Below, piece after piece: positions 12,901 through 24,900 of a stretch of 35,972 nucleotides of DNA (the stretch's first letter is position 1; every line of letters starts with the position of its first letter). The notes beneath the pieces were generated by a model. It was given only the letters and a program-made list of their open reading frames with translations. It had not been told where the DNA came from and searched no databases. The stretch covers positions 1 to 35,972 of the forward strand of contig NMRA01000667.1 in the NCBI GenBank assembly GCA_002633005.1, written 5' to 3'. A program made the translations under genes and the position numbers. The stretch comes from Phoronis australis (lineage: Eukaryota > Animalia > Phoronida).

Positions 12901-15900
12901 CAGAAAACAAAACAGGAAGTTTTCAAAAAGGAGGAGAGCAAATGGATCCAAGGTAAGTAAATGCCTGCTTGATCATATAAACAGGCACGCAGAACATGTG
13001 CATACTCTGACAATGCTCAGTAGAAACATTTTGATAATAATGAAAAAATGTTATTCATTGTTCATTTTATTACAGCTAGAAATCTACTAAAAAGTTGGCC
13101 CCAAAGAAATTCTCCACAACTGCCCCGACTGTTGGTGTAGCACCCGACTGTGTGAAAGGTTGAAGGAAGCTTTAGATCTTCACACGGAGGTCAGGCAGTT
13201 GTCTTCCTTGGTGCATGTTTCTGGGTCAGGATGATCACTAAATCTGCTGTCATTCAGGTCTAAGCAATGATTAAATAAAGACATGAATGCAATGAGCAGA
13301 ACTGTGCTCCTTGTACCCACAGACAAAACACTTGAGAATCTCTTGGAAATGTGAAAAAATAGCAGCGTCATCTATCTTGATTACTCAAATCACATAAATG
13401 GCCAACTTTGTAGTACTCAGAAAATACAATTAGAAAAGGGAATCATGAGGCATTGGAAATATCACAAGACAAGATGAAGAGAAAACATTACAGAAACGTT
13501 TGCAAAAATAATTTTGACGATAATTCGTTAAAATGAATATGAACAAAACATCGGAAGAAGNAAATGTGAAAAAATAGCAGCGTCATCTATCTTGATTACT
13601 CAAATCACATAAATGGCCAACTTTGTAGTACTCAGAATATACAATTAGAAAAGCGAATCATGTGGCATTGGAAATATCACAAGAACAGATGAAGTGAATG
13701 GGTTACAGAAACGTTTGCAAAAATAATTTTGACGATTATTCGTTAAAATGAATATGAACAAAACAGCAGAAGAAGAACCGAAAACAAATATACCAAAGGC
13801 AAATTAACGATTCTGCTCCAGCAGGCTAACAGGTACTCACAGCAATGTGATAAGACACTGATTAGCAGAACATAATGGCCTGGAATCTTTTGATCGGAAA
13901 AAAACCAACTGGAAACACCCAACATTGAATTCCGAAGACTCGAAAGTACAGCCAGAGAAAAAAGAATCGACCACAACAAATCAACGGGAAGTACACACCC
14001 TATCATTTTTTCTGGTAAATATGCACTCGTGAATGAGTGAAAAGACATAAACTGACTCTAAAAGCCACAATATCGGTGAAAATAGTTCTGCTGTATGTCA
14101 ACACGTTTTAAAGAATACTAAGCAGTCATGGGGGAAATTCCACACAGCTGCTCCAGCTGATGCAGTAGTAATTGACAACGTGAAAGGATGAGAGAAGTTT
14201 CAGATCTTCACACGGAGATCAGGTAGTTGTCTTCCTTGGTGTATGTTTCTGGGTCAGGATGATTACTAAATCTGCTGTCATTCAGGTCTAAGAGATATTT
14301 AAATAAAGACATGAATGCAGTGCGCAGAACAGTGATCCTGGTACCCAGAGACATACACTACAGAATTCCTTTGTAATGCAGGAAGATAAGATAATTTTTG
14401 CAACATCAACTGTCAAAATATAATACATCAATGAAATGTGGCAAGTATCTTAGTATTTGAAAATAGAAAAACAAACAAATCTATGCTGTGATACTCATGT
14501 GATTTTACAAGAAAAACTTAAAAATGAAAAAAGAATGAACTAGAACAAAAGAAAAAGAAATGGCTCAATCAGGTTAACAGGTACTCACAGTAATGTGAAA
14601 AGACACTGATTAGCAGAAAAGACATGACATTGAAGGACATAAAGCTCTGCTTCAGAAACAAAGATTGTGAAGTATCAAAAACAAATTACGGAAACAGCAG
14701 ACAAAACAGGAAGTTTTCAAAAAGGAGGAGAGCAAATGGATCCAAGGTAAGTAAATGCCTGCTTGATGATATTAACAGGCACGCAGAACACGAGCATACT
14801 CTGACAAGGCTCAGTAGAAACATTTTGATAATAATGAAAAAATGATATTCATTGCTCATTTTATTACAGCTAGAAATCTACTAAAAAGTTGGCCACAAAG
14901 AAATTCTCCACAGCTGCCCCGACTGTTGGTGTAGCACCCGACTGTGTGAAAGGTTGAAGGAAGCTTTAGATCTTCACACGGAGGTCAGGCAGTTGTCTTC
15001 CTTGGTGTATGTTTCTGGGTCAGGATGATCACTAAATCTGCTGCCATTCAGGTCTAAGCGATGATTAAATAAAGACATGAATGCAATGAGCAGAACTGTG
15101 CACCTGGTACCCACAGACTAAACACTTGAGAATCTCTTGGAAATGTGAAAAAATAGCAGCGTCATCTATCTTGATTACTCAAATCACATAAATGGCCAAC
15201 TTTGTAGTACTCAGAAAATACAATTAGAAAAGGGAATCGTGAGGCATTGGAAATATCACGAGAAGATGAAGAGAATACGTTATAGAAACGTTTGCAAAAA
15301 TAATTTTGACGATTATTCGTTGAAATGAATAATGAACAAAACAGCGGAAGAAGTACCAAAAACAAATATACCAAAGGCAAATTAACAGTTCTGCTGCATC
15401 AGGCTAACAGGTACTCACAGCAATGTGATAAGACACTGATTAGCAGAACATAATGGCCTGGAATCTTTTGATCGGAAGAAACCAACTGGAAACACTCAAA
15501 AGTACAGCCAGAGAAAAAGAATCGACCACAACAAATCAACGGGAAGTACACACCCTATCATTTTTTTGGTAAATATGCACTCCTGAATGAGTGAAAAGAC
15601 ATCAACTGACTGTAAAAGCCACAGTATTAGTGAAAATAATTCTCCTGTATGTCAACACGTTTTAAAGAATACTAACCAGTCATGGGGGAAATTCCCCACA
15701 GCTGCTCCAGCTGATGCAGTAGTAATTGACAACGTGAAAGGATGAGAGAAGTTTCAGATCTTCACACGGAGATCAGGTAGTTGTCTTCCTTGGTGTATGT
15801 TTCTGGGTCAGGATGATTACTAAATCTGCTGTCATTCAGGTCTAAGAGATATTTAAATAAAGACATGAATGCAGTGCGCAGAACAGTGATCCTGGTACCC

Positions 15901-18900
15901 AGAGACATACACTACAGAATTCCTTTGTAATGCAGGAAGATAAGATAATTTTTGCAACATCAACTGTCAAAATTTAATACATCAATGAAATGTGGCAAGT
16001 ATCTTAGTATTTGAAAATAGAAAAACAAAGAAATCTATGCTGTAATACTACTGTGATTTTACAAGAACAACTTAAAAATGAAAAAGAATGAATTAGAACA
16101 AAAGAAAAAGAAATGGCTCAATCAGGTTAACAGGTACTCACAGCAATGTGAAAAGACACTGATGAGCAGAAAAGACGTGATGTTGAAGGACATGAAGCTC
16201 TGCTTCAGAAACAAAGATTGTGAAGTATCAAAAGCAAATCATGGAAACAGAAGACAAAACAGGAAGTTTTCAAAAAGTACTAGAGCAAATGGACCAAAGG
16301 TAAGTAAATGCCTGCTTGATGATATTAACAGGCACGCAGAACACGTGCATACTCTGACAAGGCTCAGTAGAAACATTTTGATAATAATGAAAAAATGATA
16401 TTCATTGCTCATTTTATTACAGCTAGAAATCTACTAAAAAGTTGGCCACAAAGAAATTCTCCACAGCTGCCCCGACTGATGGTGTAGCACCCGACTGCGT
16501 GAAAGGTTGAAGGAAGCTTTAGATCTTCACACGGAGGTCAGGCAGTTGTCTTCCTTGGTGTTTGTTTCTGGGTCAGGATGATCACTAAATCTGCTGTCAT
16601 TCAGGTCTAAGCGATGATTAAATAAAGACATGAATGCAATGAGCAGAACTGTGCTCCTGGTACCCACAGACAAAACTCTTGAGAATCTCTTGGAAAAGTG
16701 AAAAAATAGAAGTATCATCTATCTTGATTACTCAAATCACAGAAATTTCCAGCTTTGTAGTAGTCAGCAATTACAATTAGACAAACGAATCACGTGGCAT
16801 TGGAGATATCACAAGAGAACATGAAGTGAGAATGTAATAGAAAAATTGTTTGCGAAATAATTTTGGGGATTATCCCTCAAAAGGGAATATAAACGAAGCA
16901 ACCAAAGAAATGCTGGAAACAAATATACTAAAGGCACATTAACCGTTCCGTTCCACCAGGCTAACAGGTACTCACAGGAATGTGATAAGACACTGAATAG
17001 CAGACCATAAAGCCTTGAATCTTTTGATTGGAAGAAACCAACTGGAAATACTTAACGCTGAATTCTGAAGACACAAGAATAGACACCCGACTGGGAAAAA
17101 ATATAGACCAGAACAAGTCAGGGGAAAGTTGGTAACACCATTTTCATGATATCATGTATTCATTGTACTCTTGAATGAGTCACATAGACAAACAGTTACT
17201 AAATTTGCCTCTGTGTGGTTCAAAATAGTTGTCCTGACTGTTAGTATAGCACACAATGGTGTGAAAGGTTGAGGGAAGCTCTAGACCTTCATACGGAGGT
17301 CAGGCAGTTCTCTGACAATTGTTTCTGAATGCTGAACCTGATAACCTTATCTGCTTTCCGCATGGTAAGATTCTGGTGAGAAAAGTGAGATGACGCCAAG
17401 TCTACAGTAGATCTTGGCATATGTTACAAGTGAAGCACGTTACCATATTTATGTTTACTTGTGAGTGCCTCGCATTGCGGAGCCTTCCCCTGTAAAGGAA
17501 AGTTTGAACTGGCCACTGAAACAAACTCACCACATAGTGGACATAATATCTTGGCTTAGTACGATCGACAAGGTGACCTTCTTTGAAAATCTTCAGCTCA
17601 TCTGCAAGAAAACAAATGAACGATAATTTGTAGCGCCTCATTATTCGCACCACCGTGTATACAACACAATATCCAATTACACGCTACATTTAGTACACAG
17701 GAACCACACAATTATCTGCACAAAAAACTGAACCATAATTATACACTCTATGTAACTTCATGGACAAAAAATCTTAGATAACAACCACAGAACACATACA
17801 CATAATTTGTGAACGCATCGAACCAAGCATCAATGAACTCATTCGCATGCATCATTTGTCATTGGTATTTAAAATGGTACATTTCATAGTTCTTACATAC
17901 CAGTTTGCATGGATATTTTTTCATGCTGGCATCATTTGAAAGAGGAATTCATAGTACTTGCAGATGACTCAGAGGTTAACATGAAGGATTGTCAGGAAAT
18001 CTTGTTTTGTAGTCGCCAGCATGCGTTTTTACAGTAAATTTCAACCTCTCTTGAAATACGAACACAAGTGCAATGGGTGCAGACCAACATTCTTCAACAT
18101 ATGAAAACCACTAGACCATGAATGCCGGTATTTTTGAGCTATGAACGGTTCAGGAAGTTATTTTTTTCGTGGTGGTAATTACGAGAGATTGCCATGCTTA
18201 AAACAACAAGCAAATAATAATAGATTATGGACTTTATCATTCATCCATGTGAATTACTAAAGATATGAAAAAATATAAATCATAACTGTTGAAACTTACT
18301 GCAAAACAGTTAATTCCTTGTTGCAGTGACCTAGCTCCTTCTGCGGATTGATAACTGACTTGTTCCCACAAAAATTTTGTCACCCTGTGCCGGTGTTCAT
18401 AGATATCGACTGCAAGGCCCTGGACCATGAGTCAGATAACCTAAATCTGACCCCTCCATCGGGAAAGCTAATTCCCAGGAAGTTCCAGAAGGTATGATTG
18501 ATATTTTTTGCTTCAACCAAAGTAAATCATCGATTCTAGCATTGCAATCAACATCAAAGTGCTTTACAATATGTAATTCCTAATACTGAGATGCAATGAG
18601 ATTGACTGGTACACTTACTCAAGTAGCTCTTGGTGAATTTCTCCAACTCCTCGCAGCAAACGCCCAGAGCTCTGGTGACAAGATGCGGGCTGCCAATGTG
18701 ACTAGCCACCTCCAGCTGAAACAACACACCATGTTGCACTCACTGTCTGTACGAGGATTTAGAAACATGGGTCTGCATGCGAAGCTGCCCCAGCATCCAT
18801 GATTAATATGCATGTGAGGCTAATTAATATGCATATGAGGCTAATTATTATGCATATGAGGCTAAAATATGCGAAACTTGACTTATCTGTTTAATATCAC

Positions 18901-21900
18901 TTACTCGGATGTCGTATTAACAACACCAAAAATTTCAAAACCACTCTATGGTGCTTTGTCAACAAATGGCTGGTTGTTATCTCCATTACGTGACCAGGAA
19001 GTACGACAACCAGCCATTTGTTGACAAAGGGCCACAGTATGAAGTTTGCAACCTTAGAATCATCAATACAACATCTCTAAGTGATTTATATTTTGCTCAA
19101 CATCTGCAGAGATCATGAAACGATTGTTTCCCGTTTAAAATGGACGACCTTTAATGGATATTTGGTTGATGGTCATTTTAAATGATAGGATCAGGGTTAA
19201 TTTAAGGCTGCATTTCACCGTGCTACCTGTCAAACAAAACAAAATTCAAATTAAGTCTTTAAGCGTCACAAAATTGGTCTCGCAATATTCCTTATCGAAA
19301 AAAGATTTTATGGCCGTAAACAATAAGAACACCAAACCCATCCAGCGAATCTAGAAAATGCTACAGCTTATGGGAGTTAGCCAACTCTAGAATTGCCAAT
19401 TTGAAAATAGCGTATTGCTTATGACTTGAGTTGGTAGCTCATTTGGTAACAATTCAAGATCAAATGAGCACCGTGACGTTTATAAACTCCAAAGTACTTC
19501 GGTTAGGAATTCACTATTGACAGCTACACAAGGTGAAAAGTGGCTTTAAATGTTCAGCTGATGCTTACATTCTGTTCTATCATCTGACACAGCAGGACAG
19601 GGAGTTGCGTGGTGAAAAACCCATTGCCGTCTGTCTCGGGCTGCTGATCACGGTCCCAGTCCTAGAACAATAGGTTAATATCATAGATAACTAACATAAA
19701 GTAACAAAAAAACGTGCAATACTAAGGATGATTGGAACGACAGACATGCAAACAAGTTTTCAGGAGTTTACAGACATCACAAATATTGCAAAAATACTAG
19801 TAACATTGACCTTGTTCACTGTGTAGTGTTAACTCCTCCTGCGTGTAATTTGACATAATGTTGAAAAGGCGGTAGTATTCTATTTGTCTTTGATGATCTA
19901 TGACCAAAGTGCTGTGGTTTGATCATATAACTAATATGAAAATTATAGCTATTTTTTTTCTGTTCGAATATTAATAGGAAAAATTACCATATACCTTTCA
20001 GTATTTCTATTTGTTTCCCTTGTGATCATGATGCACTCGAGACAGTGTCTACATGCACTGATGCCAATTGACAAGCTCACTTAGAGCTCATATCTCTTAT
20101 GTATTCAACAACACATGTGAAAAAGACTGGTAGGAACCACACTATACTCACATAATGTGTTTCAACATGTCAGTAGCAGAAAAGTCTGACAACTATTCTG
20201 TAGTAACGTAACATCAGCAACTGAGACGGAAATGTTACAGTAGGTAGCCTTCACAAAAATTCAAAAAATCAAAGTCTCTCACTGCCAGCAAGCAATTGGC
20301 AAGAATCAGAATTCAACAAGAGCAACACAGACCCTGCTCAAGTTTTGTTTCTGAAATTCATTTTCTAAAAGGACGTGTTAAAATCTAATACAAAAGCAGA
20401 TAATCTGAAATGAAATCGATGATCACGCAGATATTGACATAAAGATCCAATTTCTTTTTCGCTTCCTTTTGTTTTCATTTTGTCCCTAACTGATAAAGCT
20501 GCAAGCTAAAATAACCTTCCATGTTCCAAAAGTAAATTCGAACCTTGTCAGAGAACAAATTTTGTCAATTGTCTTTAAACTAAACACATTTATGAACATG
20601 ATTTGTGCTGCGGACGAAGAAAAAATGTTGGCATTATGCACAAAGTGGTGGAACTGTGAACTAAGAACTTCCAGCAAGTGAAATGATGTACAAACTGAAT
20701 ACTAATTACAAGGTACATTGTATTATCAGTACTTCACAAGGCTCTTCATTCCGGTGGCCCAGGTATTACTCAGGTAAGGGTCATATACTCAGGTAAGGGT
20801 CATATACTCAGGTAAGGGTCATATACTCAGGTAAGGGTCATACCTACATTTTTATCAGCTTGTAGGGAGTTGTTCATCCATTCGTCAAAGTTCTTCTTCA
20901 TGTTGCTCAAGTACCTGAATACAGTAAAGCAGATTAGAAACACTATTTCTTCAAAATATCAAAATTTTACGTGAGGCATGTAAATAATTACTCTGTTATT
21001 AAGTTAACCGAAAGACACTTTAAATGTGTTTGCGTACAAATCATAAATTCATTGACCAAATAACTTTTTAACTCCGAAACAACTTTTACGAACATCAACT
21101 CGAAAGCAGTTTTATTGACAACTTACTGATTCTCTAGGCTGGTGACTTCTTTAGGTGGCAACAGAGGGCCTAACTGTTGAACGTCTATTTTAAGGGTGAA
21201 GTGTCCCATCATGTCCTTTCCACTGTAAAATAAGAGATTCAACATGTTAGTACTATCTGGTACAGGGCCCTCAATCACCTGAGGGGAAAGGTGCCTGTGC
21301 CTTCTGAGAGGGTATTTTTTTGGGGATGAGCGCGAAATTCTACCTACCCCTCCCCCAATCACAATCAATAGCACCCTCCACCCCTGCTGCAAGCCTTAAT
21401 AGGCTCTGCCTAAAGTATCTAAAGCTCACTTTTGTGCTCTTTTAATTTGTGAGAGCTACAAGCAGAGGAAATTTCCAATCACTTGTCCAGGGGAAATTTT
21501 GGGCCTCATGGGGGATTTTCAATGATTTTTCAATATTTTTCAGACTAGGGGAAGCGAGGGCCTGTGGTAACAACAGGAATTGCTTTAGTAAGAGTCAATG
21601 ACCTTGGACCACCTTTTTCCAAAGACTAAATGATAATCTCCACTTATCTGTCACTAAAACTGAACTTCTCGTAACAAGAAGAATCAGCAGTATACGACAA
21701 CTGAAAACAACATGATGACAAGAATAATTTACTCACTCGTAGTTATTGAGCCAAGACAGCAAAGTAACAATTTCATTTCCCTCCAACACATCTTCAATCA
21801 GACGGCACACCTAGTTAGAGATAATGAAGTATTAATTAGCAGCCAGATCAAATCATAACATTTCCACACAATGGCCTCTTTTAGCTGATTAGCTCCTTAA

Positions 21901-24900
21901 AGATGTTTAATATTCACCATTTAAGGCACCAAAGACATGACTGAACTCAAACCAACGATCAAAACATTTCCAGTCATGTTCTCAAAACTACCAACTCAAA
22001 AAAAAATTCATGGCGACGATTGACAAGACTGGAGTACATTAAAAAGACGCCAATCTACAATGCTTGTAAAAATCAATGAACATGACAGACTGTTTCCGTG
22101 TGTGCACAGAGAGATTCCCTACAGAGTCGTGTGTGGTCAGATCACGTGACCAATTAATATAAAGGTCAAACTTACGTGAGTTGAAATGGATCTGTGATAC
22201 ATATCCACGTAACACTTGCCTATGTCATAATCAGGCGGGAATACAGCTGGGCATAATGTCTGGAGAAAAAGAAGTGATCAAATTGTGTTACTGGGTGTCT
22301 ACGTTAACATATCTAACACTTGCTTGTGATGTACAATTTCAAACGTCTCAAGCCAACTGTACCACAAACAGGATGGTTTGGTTACAGACAAGTGAACTTT
22401 GACAATGACAGATGTTTGTTGCTTTGAGATGTAACGGCATTAGATCAAAAGCAGCAAGCAAAAGGAGACTGCTGTTCAGCGGTGATGCTGACGGAGGTAG
22501 GACCTTTTACTATCCAAATACAGAGCGTTGATTAAATGAGGGCTCTGTGTGACTAGTTCCCGAACTCACACTCCATTACAGCTGAACTAGCATAGCACCA
22601 CTTAGAATTTTGAGAGTCTTCATTATGTATGCATGCATATTTGCGAATATGCTCACTTTCCCCAAATGGGAAAAGCACATCCTTTAGAAGAATACATTCA
22701 TTGCTATTTACTCAGCGGAGCTCGAGACATTGAAGACAATTGGAAGATTGTTTGGCAGGTTACCTTGGCAACTCTGATATCTTCCACCACCTGTTGTCGA
22801 AGGAGTTCAAGGTGCTTAACGAGCCACATTTTGTCCGACTCACGGAAATCTACTTGACTGCTCTGTATTCTAGAGACGACAAAGGAACAGTATGGAACCA
22901 CATGACCAACACTATCATATATTACCTTACTCATAGTAACACATTAAACCTTGCATGTTAAATACTTGATGTAGGTTACTTCTCACTGCTCACTAAAGCA
23001 CGCATTCAATGACCTGTATTGTGAGTCTGGCGTCCACACAGTCTTTGAGATTTTCTGTTCTAGTTGCAACACGCTGGTCGGGTAAACCAATCGCCAGCTT
23101 TTCAAACTTTTAAAGTCCAGTGATAGAAGATTTTCTGATAAATTACTGTTTGTTAGGCACACTTTAATAAACAATAACTTAATATATTATGAATTTTCAA
23201 GTCTTGTTTGTACTTAAAGGTAAATGTGATGCCTCACAAGCACAAGAGTACACATGAAGCACTGCTATTTGGAAATAATATGACGTAATATTTAGACAGG
23301 GTGAATCAAAATCAACACATTAAGTGATCACAAACTCCAAACAATTAGATCAAACTTAAGTTTGTGGGTACAATATTTTCCAGTAACAACATAGCAATGT
23401 CCTTTTAAAACAAGGTACAGTACAGGGTAAAAGCAATCAGACAAAATACTGTTCCTCCTCATGATGGCCCACTCCATTAGCAGCAAAAATAACTGGTAAT
23501 GACCTTTTTAGAAGCAAAATTCTAATCATCTTTGGTAGAATGAGGTGGCCAGCTCACTAACTTTCCTCCTAATTTCTCTTCGTTCTCAGTCAGGAGGGAA
23601 GACTACGCTGACGATGAATTTGGCTTCCGCCCAGCCCTCATGTTGGGGAATTCCAGGTCATTTTGTTTGAATACCTTGGGTAGATATTTTATGAAAAGTG
23701 TGTTGAAATATCACATACTGCTCGCTTGCACCACCACCAAAAGTGCCACTTCACTGTTCAGAGTCACTAGAAATGTCACCAGTGACCAGTTTGTAAGCAG
23801 TTCTTTAATACAATAGCACCAACTAACGCAAACAATGTTGTTTACCCTGCATTACACGGATAAAGACACAACACTCACCTTGTCAATACAGCCTGCTCCA
23901 AAACATTCATGCATTTCTTTCGCCAACATTTAGGTCTTCCCGGAGGAATAAATCCTGTCTGTTCCTTGCGTCTCACTTGAGCTTTGTCGGTTCTGGAAAT
24001 TAAGACTTTTAAATTATTATATCAGACTATGATTTCCTGGAAAAACGCCTAAAATGAGTGCAGTTATAGGCTTGCACAACTTTGCATAGTGTCAGTGATG
24101 CGGCGGCAACACTATCATTAATTATAACAACACGACTCATAAAAAGTATACCATATACCACAGCATAAGGAACAACAGACGTCATTTTTGCATATATCCA
24201 AAGAAAAGGATTCATAGACATTGCAGCCTGGATAGACAGCCACTTACAACACCAAATGACAAAAAAACTCAAAATGAGAGGCCTGACATGGTACTATTCC
24301 TTACAAACTAAAAACCATAAGTTTACGAAAATGTACAATGACATGTTCCAGTTTTCAGAGTAAAAAGAAACACCTTAGGTTGTTAAAACAGCGATAAACC
24401 CACGTTCCGTCCAATAACTTTTGATTTAGATGAACTATACTGCTATATAATTGGTCTCTGCTTGTTCCTTACTCAGATAAGAAATGAATTCTGGGTGTGT
24501 AAAGATATGACAGTTTGTTATGCCCTGAGACAACGTTGACGTGGCATGACAGGCCAAGTTGTACAGCCTGATCTCGACGACTAATAACGAAGAATCAGTT
24601 ATATTGAAGCCTTGAAATCATCTCCAACTTATCTTGGGAACAATTTGAGACATATGTTCTTGGTAAGAGGTTCAAATCGATTGTTTCTTATGTTGGAAGG
24701 CCGGTAAATTATTGGTTAGAATTCCAGGATGAGAAATCTATTAGGTGAATTATCCTAATTTGGATGTCTCACATATCTCACCTTTCCTCTCGTTCAATGA
24801 TCCTTAGGGCAGTGACAATCATCGTCGGCTCTTTCCTCACTGTCTGTAGGGTGCGCTGCAGTATTAACCACAGCTGTTTGGACAATTTGTCATTCAGCGA

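Noticed and set aside
13348-13775. ~210-bp local duplication inside array unit 2
   Set aside because: It restarts immediately after the N at 13561, so it is probably a contig-join artefact.
11725-16718. Repeated 63-aa minus-strand ORFs (MTLLFFHISKRF...) as alternative EXOC3 exons or a peptide family
   Set aside because: No Sec6 similarity, EXOC3 is already complete across this intron, and I found no convincing minus-strand splice sites. They recur only because the DNA is repeated.
10955-17312. Array as a CRISPR-like locus or snoRNA cluster
   Set aside because: Eukaryotic context, no short repeat with unique spacers, and no convincing C/D or H/ACA box arrangement.
23560-23720. Plus-strand acceptor-like tract followed by a short open frame (RREDYADDEFGFRP...)
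   Set aside because: No good donor, partner exons or recognisable homology.
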